This document shows positions 1 through 12,870 of a DNA stretch of 64,000 nt, piece after piece. Position 1 is the stretch's first letter; every line of letters starts with the position of its first letter. The notes below the pieces were generated by a model. The model did no database searches. It was not told the origin of the DNA and worked only from the letters and a program-made list of their open reading frames with translations. Made by a program: the position numbers and the translations under genes. The stretch comes from Vicugna vicugna (taxonomy: Eukaryota), in contig MU058636.1 in assembly GCA_013265495.1 (NCBI GenBank), positions 4,933,741 through 4,997,740 of the forward strand, written 5' to 3'.

Positions 1-385
1 TATACTACCTCATGTAGTATCAAGTAAAATAGTTAAAAACACAAAAATGATGTTAAGCAAAATAAGGACTAGTAAGGACACTTATCAATGCAGTTCATAT
101 GTCAGAGATGTTAGCATTTTTAGGGACAATAAAATGGGCATTTCCATGATGCATGCAGGTTAGTTGGTAGAACAATCTTGTATCACCTGGTATAGCAGAA
201 AACCTAATTACAATTTGTAGTGGTGAATATGTAGGTTAAAGTTTCAACGTGGAACTTCTTGTGGTAAAACAGGTTTATTCCGAAAAACAACTATTAAAAA
301 ATCGTTGTCATAATGTTCTTTCGAAATAAATTTACCAATGTATACAGAAAAGGTGCGCTTTAGACTTTATTTGATTACTGAAGTA

Positions 386-421
386 GTGTGTGTGTGTATA
401 TATATATATATTTTTTTTTTT
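386..421. repeat. Compound microsatellite (GT)n(AT)n(T)n
   Basis: gtgtgtgtgtgtatatatatatatattttttttttt, read directly. Confidence 0.95.
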
Positions 422-3400
422 GGGCCTTTTGGACTGTTTAAAAAAATTATCCTCTGGGTTTTACTTGAAGGTCTGAATATTTTAAATAACAAAGCAGTGT
501 TTGTACTTTTTTTTATATATATAACTTTTGGGCCCTTTCTTATTTTCTCCTTTTTTTTTCTGTTGAGATTGATTCTCCTTACGTTAACTCTGTTTTTACA
601 GCAGTTTTTGTACAAGTTTTTGTACTCTTCTGTCACTTTCATTCCTGTTTGGTATGCCTTTCTTTTCCCTCACTTTTCCCAAGAGTTAGAGGAGATAATG
701 TGATGATAGTGGTTCTTGTTGTCATGGGATGTTTTGTATGAAGCTTATTTGACATATATTTCTACATGAGTTGGCTATCAAATAAGTTTTGATTTTAAAA
801 TTTGTATTAAAAGTGTTTTGCAGCTTTAACAGTCACAAAGAGTTAGGTTTTGAGGACTAGGCTTTATCAATAATTTGTTAAGCCTAAAGTAAAGTATTAG
901 ACAGAGGTGGCCCCGGTGAAGAGTGAAATGGTAGACTATACCCAGAACTTTGTGAGAAGGGAAAAATTTGGGGAGATTGTGCTCTTTTTGCTTCTCCCTC
1001 TTGGAGAATTAAGATTGTCCTGTGGCTTCCTCAGGGCTACGTTTTTTTTATCACATATACCTAGAACTAACAAGAGAGTACACGGTGAGTTGGCTGACAA
1101 GTGTTGTATATTGGAAAAGAATAAATTTGTGTTTCCTTGTTAGTGTTAGAGAGCTGCAAGGAAACTTCAGTGATCTCCAACTCATGTATATGCTTGAGAA
1201 ATTAGGTTCAGATTGTAATTTGATTTATCCAAAGTCACAGTCATGTTCCTGTGGTGGAATTGGGGCAGCCCTGAGATATCCTGGAGGTTTAGAAGCATCT
1301 ACATTGTCTGTATTGTTTTATTCAGAGCTTAAGTAATATTTAAAATTATTGCCAAATGGCGTATTGTTCTCTATCTCCTTCTCCCCTTTTCTTTTCATTC
1401 ATTCAGCCAAGAAATAAAGTTTTGAGGTTAACCATCTGTTTCAGAGTTGGATTTTAATAATTTCTTTCCAGGATTCAGTCCACCTTCGTTGTCTCAGAAG
1501 ATAACCTCTTGTATGTTTCTGTCTTTTGGAGGTGCTTGGTCTTTCATTGTGACAGTACTTGAGAAGGCATTTACTTCTTTGTTAAACTTGTAAGCCAGAG
1601 TAATTTGGAAGTTAGTATTGCACTTTATTTTGTTATAAGATGTATGTGTGTATGAGTGTGCATTTTTTTACTTTTAAACTCAATTTGCTGCACAAGTCAT
1701 TTGTCACTTCCAATTACAATAGGTGGTAGGAGAAAACTGTTTGTTTTGAGTATTCCTGTTTAGAAGGGTTAAAAATTCCAAAAATACTTAGTTTAAAAAT
1801 AAACCCAATAACTTCTCGGAGGACATATTTACTTTTTAATCTTATTTAATGAGCTGCCAAATGGTTTGAAATTCTGACATCTTGGAGTGGAGGTCAGCTC
1901 TTCCACACTCTCCTGTTATGAACCACCTGATTAGCACCATTTCCCCCAATACTTGAAAAAGTATTTTATAACCTTTTCTCACTAATTAGTTCAAAATTAA
2001 GGATAAGTTTGCTGCTTTGAGGCTGTAATTGTTTGAGTTGGTAGAGGTGATCATGCTTGGTGAGAAAATCATGAAGATTATACTCAGATGAGAAGAATTA
2101 GTTGGTTAAGGTAAATCTTAAACCCATTAATCTGAGATATTTAAAAATATTCAAAACAGTTATTGTGCTCTAATGATTAGACATCAGTAGTAAGCGGCAA
2201 TTGGAAATACTTGGTTTAGCTGTGTGAAACTTCTAAGCTAAGGAGAGTGGAGGAAAGACTGATAAGCAGGAAGCTATTTTGAGGCATCTTTAAAGGGCTA
2301 TGACCTAGAAGTACTCCACTAACTTGCCTCCCTTTGACAGAGAATGCTCTGACCTGATTCAGTTAAAATGAACAAATACTAAGGTTCATATACATACAGT
2401 ACTGGGGATGGTGCAGTAAACAGGACTGAGACCCTGCCCTGGAGAAGTTTAGAGGCGTGGTTGGCCACCTGCACCAAGGTGATGATAGCTGAGAAAAACC
2501 AGAGTAGGATCCCTGCTGTTAATTGATTCTGCAAGGGTCAGGCCTTCCTCCCTCTTCAGTGACAGTTGAGGTTGCCCTTCTTTATGTGAGAGAGTGAAGG
2601 AGGGGACATTGTAACCACAAGCATTGTCTCTCTCTAGGAGAGAATGGTTAGAGGGCCCAAAAGGAAAACGAGAGTTTGTGGTTCCCTGGGCAGTGTAGGG
2701 ATTCTTTTTCTCTTTCATCTCAGAGGTTGTTTTAGAGAGGTAAGTGAAGAAATTTCAAAGAAAAGTCCTAGATATATATCCAAAATGTATTTACAAAATA
2801 TATCCCTTAGTAGTTGAAATTCCATTAGGCAGTTTCCATTAGTATGCAGATACTGGGTCGGGAGTAGGGAGGGGATGTGTGGAGAGTTGGTGGTGAGAGT
2901 AGTTAAGGTTGAGAGGAATGGAGTACTTTAAGGCTTGAAATATACAAATTAAAAGTTATACCTATATATGATAAACAAATTCTAATGGTACAGAAAAGTG
3001 AAAATAAAAGCTATTTTTCCTCTTTCCCCTAAAAATCCACTGTTAACAAGTTTCCAAAAAGTTTACTTTTCAAAAAACTTACACAAATAGTATTATACCT
3101 TATGGCTTTGTTTTCTTGTTATTAAAAACTGTATTTACTGTTTCCCTGCAGTTTACTTTTTTCCATAGTTAATGTCATATAGCTCTTTTCATATTGGCAC
3201 ATATAGATCAACATAGTTTTTAAAATGATTTATTTTATATGCACATATCATAATTTATTCTGACTTTTTTAGGTTGTAACAATTTACACAAACTAACAAT
3301 ATATGAGTATGCCTGTTACATGTTCACCAACACAGGACTTTATTAAACTACGCTTTTTGTTGATTTGATATGTGAAGTTTGTATCTTGTTTGGGGTTTCC

Positions 3401-4226
3401 ATTTTGTTGATTATGAAGAGGGTAAACTTTTTTAATATGCTTATTGGGCAGAAGTTACTTGCAGCACATACTTTACATTGAGTAGGTTAATTTATCTATG
3501 ACCACACCCCCCACCCCAATCTAAAATGTTCTGAGGGAGATGGTTAAGAGGAATAAGATTTTAGAGCTTGGGGCACCTTGGAGGGGAACAATGCTCTGAA
3601 TGGAAAGTCTACAGTGCTGGGCTTTGAACAACCAAAAGTTAAGATAAGGTTATTTAAAGTTCTTAAGTTTATCTTAACAGAAGATACATAAAGGCAAGAA
3701 GGGAGATTTGATCAGGGCAAATAAATTTTGTATAGGGTCAACTCTGTCTCCTACTGTCTTCTTGTCCTGTCTCACCACTCCCCACTCTTGCCCCAACTGT
3801 CATTTTATTTTTATTTATAATGTCATTTGATTTGCTCTTCTTCCCTGGTCGGGGTGGCAACCTTGAGTTTGGTATTTCAGTTCCTCCAGAGATGAGGGAC
3901 ACTTAGGTTTTTCTGTAAGGGAAACTGATTTTCCTTCAAATCACTCGAAGGGAGCAGTTCTCATTTCTAACATCTTAGGTCTATTTTCTGATCTTTAGTA
4001 GTATCTCTTTACAGTTGGTGTTCTGCTAGTGTCAGAGGCCTTGCATGCTGAGCTATACAGAAACCTTGGGTGTTGGCATGACTACAGGGGCTTTGTTCCT
4101 ATTTAATCCCTATATGCTGCCCCAACTTCACTTTTTTCTTTTTTTTATGAAATAGTTTTTTCTTAGTAGGCTTGGAAGGGAGTTGGTGTAAAAGGCTCTT
4201 GTCTGTCATGCCCTCTTTCCTCCACA

Positions 4227-4342
4227 CAAAATGGTAACTGGAAAGAAGTGATGTTAATTAGCTTGATTGTGGTGATCTTTTCACATTTTGATACATATAT
4301 CAAAACTTAAATACATACATTTTATATGTGAAAGGTACCTCA
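4227..4342 (+). mobile_element. LINE-1 3' end fragment (L1MA/L1MB-like)
   Basis: gatgttaattagcttgattgtggtgat...acctcaataaaactgatttaaaaaa. Confidence 0.75.
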
Positions 4343-4443
4343 ATAAAACTGATTTAAAAAAGTTCTTATCTTTCTCCAATTATTATATATACTAGTTAAC
4401 ATCAAATGGTTGTCCTTTTTTCATCATTACCCTTAGCCTAGGC

Positions 4444-4665
4444 CAGTGATTCTCAAATGGGGGGTGACTTTGAACACCCCTTCTCTCCCCAGCTCCTCCC
4501 CTTCAGGATGTTTGGCAATGTCTAGAGACATGTTGGTTGTCATAGCTGGGGGGTGGTGGGGAGAGTGGTGCTACTGAGTAGAGGCCAGGGGTGTTGCTAA
4601 ACATCATACAGTGTGTAGGACAGCCTCCCACAACAGAGAATTATCTGGCCCCAAATGAAACCCTG
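4444..4665. mobile_element. MER20 (hAT-Charlie non-autonomous DNA transposon)
   Basis: Ends cagtgattctcaa...gaaaccctg, with internal tttggcaatgtctagagacat and gtagaggccagggg..gctaaacatc. Perfect 8-bp TSD GCCTAGGC at 4436-4443 and 4666-4673. Confidence 0.9.
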
Positions 4666-5004
4666 GCCTAGGCAGAACTAGTCCAGGAAGCCTGCAGTTA
4701 GCCCCAGCTCAGCTGAATTAGATCTGCCCACCAACTTTGATGATAGCAACCAAGCAGCAGTCATGTTTCATGTAATCTTATGCTCAAAATGGACAGCTTT
4801 GAAATATAGCTCCTGAATACTTTTTTCCCTTCCTCTGTGTCTTTGGTCCCTTTCTTTTCAGCTTCTCCTCTACCTTTATGATATAACATAATTAGGTCAA
4901 GGTTTTGTAGTCCTAGTTGGAGTGACTTGAACAGCAGTAGGGGCATATGTCAGCATTTGATGTGCTTGATGAGTGAAGTCCCTTGGTAAGGATAACAGAA
5001 GAGC

Positions 5005-5420
5005 ATGGCAGTTAAGCATACAGATGTAGCGTCAAGACTGCTTGGGTTTTTATACTGCCTCCATCACTAGCTTGCTGTGTCACCGTGAACAAATTACCTA
5101 GTATTGCCAAGCCTCAGTTTCTTAATCTGTGAAGTGGAGATAATAGCAGGTATGTTATTTTTAAAAGCAGCTTTATTGAGATATAATTCACGTAACATAA
5201 AGTTCCCCCATTGAAAGTGTACAGTTCATTTTTTTCTAGTACATTTGCAGGTGTGTGCAACATGACCACAATCTGATCTTAGAACATTTTTGTCTCCCAT
5301 GAAAGAACCCCCCAAACCCACTAGCTGTCACTTCCCATCACCCCTTATCTGATTAGTTTTTGGCATAAGCCAGGCCAGGTGCTTACCCTGGTGCCAAATA
5401 TGTAAGTACTTAATAAAGAA
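5005..5420. mobile_element. MIR SINE interrupted by an antisense L1 3' end (about 5160-5345)
   Basis: MIR core gcctcagtttcttaatctgtgaagtggagataatag; L1 end cagctttattgagatataattcac..aagtgtacagttca. Confidence 0.75.
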
Positions 5421-6239
5421 CTGTTATAACTTGGGGCAGTGAGACTATTTGTGGCAAGTTCATTCACATCACTTTAGAGAAAGCAAAGATTGATAATTGT
5501 TGAATAGATAATTTGCATGCTATACTGTGCAAGGAAACTGTTCAGAGATACAAAGGTGAAAGATATTCCTTCATTTAAGAGGTCTATATTCAAATAGGAA
5601 TAAAGACTGGTATAATAGAATACTAGCTGTAATTATAAAATAATTACAAAACAAGACAGAGTAAAGTGGTTTCAGGAAGGTGTGAACAAAATATTTGCAA
5701 TTAGAAATTTGATAAAGGGAGATTGATTAATTATGTTAGGATAAGAGTACAGGAACCATGAAAAACTCCTTGTCGGAGGGACCATTCTGGCCAAGTCTTA
5801 GATGGTAAAGTATAGGACTTTGGCTCCTGTGAAGAGCACTTGAAGAATGCTGTGCCTTCTGAGGTGGTGGTGGTATTCTCCTCATCATTTTTTGGCTGCC
5901 TCATACTGCTGCCAAATAGTTGCCTTGGTAGCTACACCCACACCCTTTTTTTGATGTTTCTAATCTGTTGTGAACTTGGGAAATTATCTAAACATAAGAA
6001 ATAAATAAGCTTTCAGTGGAAGTGTGATGTCTGTGAGAAAAGGATATGATTATGTGGCCTTATGCTGTCACTTTGAGTTAGGTGCCTTTTTAGTTTTATT
6101 CTCTGGATTAATTGGGTTTATTGAATAAACAATTCCTAGATAAATTAGACTTACATAAATGTCTTCCTTTTTTTTTAATTCTCCAAGGCTTCTTCTAAGA
6201 GCTATACCCAACCTTTCTTCTAAATTTCCTATCTTTTTC

Positions 6240-7960
6240 TCATGTGCCATCAAACATGATGCCTCCAGTACAACTTGTCCAAAACTGAGCTGCCTTCCTC
6301 TACCCTTTAACACCTGCCTTGGTTAACATAGTTTTTTTTTTTTTTTAAGTTTAGTGACTAGACAGCAACCTGGGTGTCATCTTGACCTATCCATCTCCTT
6401 TCTTCTCAAATCAAATGAGTTACCAAATCCTGCTGATTTCTGATACAGTAGTTTCAGCTTTTTAATGCTATATGCAAATTAATACTTCAAAAGTAAAAAA
6501 GCAAAAAGAGAAAAAAAGATGAACAGTAAAAAGTCACTCATCCTTACCCTTCCTCATCTGCATAGTTGGTTCCGAGATTCCTACAATAGTTTACTAGTAT
6601 TATTGATTTCTTACATATCCTTTTGGGGATTTAAAAAGTATAACCCTGTACAAATACATTTATCTCACCCTACTCCTCCTCTCCCAACACATGTTTTACA
6701 TTAATGTTGGAAACTTTAACTGCTTTGCCTTCCCCCCCCCACTTAACAGTATACCCTGAGGATCTTTTTGTATTAATATATAAAGTGCTGTCTCACAGCA
6801 ACCTCAGAGTGTTCATTTTTATTTATGTACCATAATTTAACTAGCCCATTGATGGACAGTTAAGATTGTTTCTAGTTTTTATTGTTATAAAAATGCTACA
6901 TTGAGCAACCTTGTACGTATACAAGTGTGTCTGTTGATTAAATTCCTAGAAGTGGTATTGCTGGGTCAAAGAATATAGCAGGTACAATTTTGAGAGATAT
7001 TGTCAAGTTGCCCTTCATAGGGGTTGTAACAATAATGTATATATAAGAATAGTTGTTTTCCTGTAGCCTTGCCAACTCAGCATATAATTAGACTTTTTGG
7101 ATTTTGGCTAATATGATAGGTGAAAAATGGTACCTCAGTGTGGTTTTAATTTACATTTCTTTTCTGAGTGAAGCTAAGTATCTTTTCATAGATTTGGGCC
7201 ATTATTATTATTTTTTTTGCTGTGAACTGTCTGATCTTAATCTTTACTCATTTCCCTGTCCATTTTGGGGATCGTTAAATTTCTCTTCAGCCTGTGTTCC
7301 ATTAGTAGAGTTATTAAAAGTAAACATGGCTTGCTTACTCATTTGCAGTTGCCTTCTGACAGGTCGCTCTTCTTGCATTCTCACTCCCTTCTTGGCTCTG
7401 TCTCACACTGTTAGCAGAGTGATACTTCTCATCGCAAATTTGAATGTGTGATTCCCTTGATTAAAACTGTTCAGTGGCTCTTCACTGTCTCTATAATCCA
7501 GTGCCTTAGCATTAGCATCGTACCTACCTACCTTGTCGATATTTCCTTTTGCTCCTCATAGGTTCTCTAAATTCCAAGAACATTGAACTGCTCCTCGTTC
7601 CCTATTGTGTTAGACCCTTTGCTTCTATGTCTTTGCATGTGGTATTTCTCTGCTTATAAAGGTCCATTCCTGCACGTCTGCAAGTCCAAAGGCCTGCTTT
7701 TCATCCTCTACCTAATGGAAAGGCTTTCTGATACCTAACTCTTCAGTTAGGCAGTATCTGGGGCCCTCCTCTCCTTCTTACAAATCCTTGTGTATATGTT
7801 TATAATGGAAAACGTCACATTATGTATTGTTATTAAATGTTTGTTTCCTTGCCTAGATTGTTACCTTCCTGAGGGCATGGAGTTTTAGTTATTTTGGAAA
7901 CTAGCATAGTGTTTGGCACATAGTAGATGAGAATATATGTAAATATATGTATGTATACAC
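6240..7960 (+). mobile_element. L2 LINE 3' region, split by an old antisense L1 fragment (about 6700-7270)
   Basis: L2 motifs gtccaaaactgagct, gtcatcttgac, ttaaaactgttcagtggctc and ctagcatagtgtttggcacatagtag; L1 motif ttcctagaagtggtattgctgggtcaaag. Confidence 0.7.
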
Positions 7961-9666
7961 TAAATATACATGTGAACATCCCAAGACTGAAGAAAAAAGA
8001 AAAATTAATACTGTAAGCTCAAATTTATTTTTAAAATTTATTTTATTTATATTGAGATGTAAGTTAAATACAATAAAATGTACAGATCTTAGCTGTTCAC
8101 TTTGAGGTCTGACGGTTATACCTGTGTAACATATAATCAAAAGATGTTACATAGCATTCTTATCACCCTAGAAAGTTCACTGGTTACTCTTCCCATTCAA
8201 TTCTCCTCTCCCCAGGCACTCTGATTTCTAACAATGTTGATTATTTTGTTTGGTCTTCATATAGTATATACTTTTTTGCATCTAGCTTCTTTTGCTTAAC
8301 ACATGTTTCCAGATGAATCTATGAGGTTGGATGTGTCAGAGTTTTTTCTTTTTATTGCTGAGTATTAGTTGATTGTATGAATATACCAGGGTTTATGTTT
8401 TCTTCTGTTGTTGGACATTTGAGTTGTTTCTAGTTTTTTTACTGCTAAGAATAAGGTCTATATGGATCTTCTTTCAGACATGTTTTTTAATTTCTCTTGA
8501 GTACATACCTAGGAATGAAATTGTTGCTTCCTAGGCAGATGTGTTTAACTGTGTTAGATACTGCCATCTAGTTTTTTGAAGGGTTTTCTCTTACATACTC
8601 CCACCATGACAGTTTGAGAATTCTAGTTGCTCTACACCTTTGCCAACATATGGATAATCATTCTTTTTAAGTTCAGCTATTTTAGTGGATGTGATACAAT
8701 TTTTGACAAATTGATACAATTTGTCAATGATTAGTGTGTTTTCTTTTGTGAAATACCTTAGTTTTCTACACACTGAAAAATTGGTTCTTTATTGTTGATG
8801 TAAAGAATTCTTAATATAGTCTGGATACAAATTCTTTGTCATATCAGTGTTTTTAGAGTATTTTTTCTCCCAACTTGTAAGTTGTCTTTTCCTTAACAGT
8901 GTATTTTGATAAGCTAAAGTTTTAAATTTTGATGAAGTTCAATTAATCAGTTTTTTCTTTAATGGATTTGAGTTCTGAGAAACCTTTGCCTACCCAGAAG
9001 TCATGAAAATAATTCCCTTGTTTTCTTTTAGAAGTTTTTGTCTTTTACATATAGGGCTGTGATCTATCTTGAGTTAACCGTGCATGGTGTGAAGTAGGGG
9101 GTTGAGGTTCATTAAAAAAAAATTTAACCAATTCCATCACCATTGTTGAAAAAAAAAATCTTTTCCTTTCCAGCACTGAATTGCCTTTGTCTCTTTGTCC
9201 AGGATTGCTTGGACTTTATGTATGGATCTGTTTCTGGACTGTTTTGTTTCATTGATCTAACTGTTTTTCCTATGCCAGTATCATATTGTCTCTATTACCA
9301 GAAGTCTTGGAATCAAATAGTGTGAATCCTCCGATGTTGGCCAGTCTAGTTCCTTTGTGTTTCCATATAAATTTTAAATTCAGTTTATCAATTTCTATTT
9401 TTAAAAAAGCCTTTTGGAATTTTGGTTGGGATCTTGTAAGATGGTTCCCATTGATCCCTGCCTCCTTGTATTTATACCCTTTTATAGTCACCTTGCACAT
9501 TATGTGAGGATTGGTCTGTGTAACTAATAGAATATGATAGAAGTGATAATATGTCACTTCTGAAATTAGATTATAAAAGACACAGTGGCTTGCGCATTGG
9601 TCTCTCTCTCTCTCTCTCATCACTCACTCTAGGAAAAACCAGCTGCCATGTTGTAAAGAGGCCCAC

Positions 9667-10950
9667 TGTCAAGACTGTGAAGGATCTGAGATTTTACCCT
9701 ACTTGTAGGCTAACAGGTTAGCCTACTACAGTTTCATGGATGCTGATAGAAGACATGAGATTTCTGGGTCTTAGTGGAAAAATAGTTTACTGTCACAGCT
9801 ATAGCAGTAGCCCGGGTACTGTCAGCATTTTTGTACCAGTTCCTCAAGCTCCAAATCGTACCTAATGTAAAGAGGGTCAGATGACAACTGCGCATGCGTT
9901 GGTTGTGTTACAGGAGAGGAATTCTGAACATAGGGAACTTGGATGAAAGAAAATTTTTATTTATTCAATTTTAAAGATTACTTTCCATTTACAGTTATTA
10001 CAAAATATTCACTATATTCCCTGTGTTGTACAGTATATCCTTGAGCCTATCTTACATCCAGTAGTTTGTACCTCCCATTCCCCCACCCCAGTATTGTGCC
10101 CTACCTCCCCTCCCCACTGGTAGCCACTAGTTCTCTGTATCTGTGTCTGCTTCTTTTTTTGTTATATTAACTAGTTCGTTGCATTTTTTGGATTCTACAT
10201 GTAAGTGATATCATGTAGTATTTGTCTTTCTCTTACCTATTTCCCTTAGCATAGTACCCTCTAAGTCCATCTATGTTGCTGCAAATGGCAAAATTTCATT
10301 CTTTTTTGTGGCTGAGTAGTATTTCATTGTATACATATACCACATCTTTATCCATTCATCTGTTGTTGGAAACTTAGGTTGTTTCCATTCTTAGCAATTG
10401 TAGATAATGCTGCTATGAACATTGGGTGCATGTATCTTTTTGTATTAGTGGATTTTTTCCCCTGTATGTATGCCCAGGAGTGGAATTCCTGGATCATATA
10501 GTAGTTCTATTTTTAGTTTTTTGAGAACCTCCATACTGTTTTCCACAGAGGCTACACCAACTTACCTTCCCACCAACAGTGCACAGTGGTTCCCTCTTTT
10601 CGACATCTGCGCCAATATTTGTTATTTTTGTTTTTTTTGGTGATAGCCTTTCTGACAGGTGTGAGGTGATACCTCACTGTGGTTTTGATTTGCATTTCCC
10701 TGAATATTAGCCATATTGAGCATTTTTACGTATGCCTGTTGGCCATCTGCATTTTTTCTTTGGATGAACCTGGATATTTTTTAATCGGCAGTAAGCATAC
10801 CTGCTCCTTGCTCTGGAGGAAACTTTATCCTCTAAATCTGCTTACTTTATAGATGTCTTTCGAGAGGTAGTCTGGAACATAGGGCAGTAAGAGCTTCAAT
10901 TGCAAGATGTGCAGAAATGCAAGAGACTGATGGAATATTGTCTTCGAACA
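9667..10950 (-). mobile_element. ERV1-class solo LTR (MER39-like), split by a younger L1
   Basis: TGT...ACA termini with flanking cccac/tccat; ctgagattttaccctacttg..gctaacaggttagcct..cagtttcatggatgctg. The subfamily name is from memory. Confidence 0.65.
9950..10765 (-). mobile_element. Younger 5'-truncated LINE-1 3' end
   Basis: Well-preserved L1 3' UTR/ORF2 end (gttgctgcaaatggcaaaatttcattc, gttttgatttgcatttccctg). Flanking repeat gaacttggat / gaacctggat. Confidence 0.88.
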
Positions 10951-11538
10951 TCCATATGACAAAGAGCTGGGCTCTTCTGCCAATAGCTTTGAGTGAACTT
11001 GGAAGCAGATCTTCTGTCCTTCAGTTTATTGTGGACCTAACTACAACTTGCAACCTCATGAGAGACCCTTGAGCCAGATCCACCGTCTAAGGTGCTTCTG
11101 GATTCCTGACCCTTAGAAACTGTGTGAGATGTTAAATGTTTCCAACTGCTGAAATTTTGGAGTAGTTTATTGCTAATACAGTCGTGTACTTCTTTTATGT
11201 AGGTCACCTTTTTTTGATGAGTGCTATAAACATATATTTATATATAAATATCTATGTAAATATGCAAAATCTCTACATCACCCCACTAAAATAGATGTTT
11301 CCATGTTAATATGGCAATTACATAATACAGTTTTATGTTAATGTATTAACATGTGCCTATAATATAAAGTAACATCTTCCCGTCCCCCATAGAGATCTTG
11401 CATGTTAAAATTTATTCCTAAAGGTTTTTCTTCTTGGTGTTATTTTCTTAATTTCATTTTTCAGTTTTTTCCTGCTAGTATATAGAAATACAGTAGTTTT
11501 TTTTTAAAAATTATTATCTGCATATCCTTTGACCTTGC

Positions 11539-11664
11539 TTAAATTCACTTAGTTCCAATAATCTTTTTGTAGATTCTTTAGGATTTTCTTTACAAAAACG
11601 ATTCTTTAAATTCACTTAGTTCCAATAATCTTTTTGTAGATTCTTTAGGATTTTCTTTACAAAA
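11539..11664. repeat. Perfect 59-bp direct duplication with 8-nt spacer
   Basis: ttaaattcacttagttccaataatctttttgtagattctttaggattttctttacaaaa at 11539-11597 and 11606-11664. Confidence 0.95.
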
Positions 11665-12642
11665 TAAGCTTTTATTTCTTTGTCTTACCTTATTCTACTG
11701 TCTAGCATTTTCAGTTTAATGTTGATGAGAAATGGTCACAGTGGACTTTCCTTGTCTTGTTCCTCATCTTAAGGGGAAAGCATTGTCTTTTACCATTAAA
11801 TAGAATGTCACTAGGTTTTTTTGTTTGTTTGTTTGTTTTGTTTTGTAGATTAAAGAAATCAGTTGGAGGATGTTCCCTTCTATTCCCAGTTAATTGAGAT
11901 TTTAATTTTTAAATTATGGATAGGTGTTGAATTTCCCCCTTTTTTTATATTTCTTGAGATAATTGTATGGTTTTTACTCTTTATTCTGTCATGGTGAATT
12001 ACATTAAACCAGTTTTGCATTCCTGGGTTAATCTCAGTTGGTCATGATGTATTATCCTTTTATTTGCTTCTGAATTTGGTCTACTAGTATTTTGTTAAGG
12101 GTTTTAGTGTTTATGTTCATAAGGAATATTGGTCTATAATTTTCATTTCTTGTAATGCCTTTTAATAGCATGGTTATACAAGCCTTCTAAAACTATGAAG
12201 TGTTTCCTCTTCTGTTTTCAGAAATAGTTTGTATATGATTGGTATTATTTCTTTAATGTTTGGTAACCATCTGGGCATGGAGGTTTTTTGGTGTGTGTGG
12301 GAAGGTTTTTGATAACAGATTTCATTTCTTTGGTAAATATATGGTTGTAGGGATTTTCTCTTTTGTCTTTTTTTTCCTAAACAGTGTATCTCATTTAGGT
12401 TATCAAATCTCTTAGTACAAAGGTTGTAACTTTTCTTTGTGGTCCTTGAATGTTGTAGCATCTGTAGTGACCTCTTTTTTATTCCTGATGTTGGTAATTT
12501 GTATTTTACTTTCTTCTTGATCATTGTTGCTAGGGGTTTAGCAATTTTTTTCCCCACAGCTTTTGGTTTCAATAATTTATTTTAATTGACTTTTGCTCTT
12601 TTCTTGGTAATTTTCTTCACTCTTATTTTCATTTTCTGTTAA

Positions 12643-12769
12643 TTTTTTTTGGTGGGGGGAGAGGGAGATAATCAGGTTTATTTGTTTTTTTAATGGGAGG
12701 GATTGAACCCAGGACCTTCTGCATGCTAAGCACATGCATGCTCTACTGTTGAGCTACACCCTCTCCAAC
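12643..12769 (-). mobile_element. tRNA-derived SINE (camelid vic-1 type)
   Basis: The minus strand reads GAGGGTGTAGCTCAA..TAGAGCATGCA..CTTAGCATGCAGAAGGTCCTGGGTTCAATCCC (pol III A/B boxes), then an AT-rich linker, a C-run and an A-tail. Degenerate flanking repeat cttcactYttaYtttc. Confidence 0.88.
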
Positions 12770-12799
12770 CTTCACTTTTACTTTCTGTTGGTTTAATTT

Positions 12800-12803
<4 letters not shown>

Positions 12804-12847
<44 letters not shown>

Positions 12848-12870
12848 TTTTTTTTTTTTTTTTTTTTTTT
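12804..12870. repeat. Poly-T tract (67 nt, single A interruption)
   Basis: Read directly; the A is at 12846. Confidence 0.97.

Larger units (their letters stand above)
9435..11180 (+). mobile_element. MaLR solo LTR (MLT1E/F-like), split at 9666/10951
   Basis: gatccctgcctccttgtatt..aatagaatatgatagaagtgat..tgtcacttctga, resuming with gtgaacttggaagcagatc..gattcctgacccttagaaactgtg..taataca. Confidence 0.8.

Noticed and set aside
338..1336. Cluster of 78-121 aa ORFs near the window start
   Set aside because: Low-complexity F/L/K-rich translations that cross a microsatellite, with no recognisable domain; consistent with chance in T-rich intron DNA.
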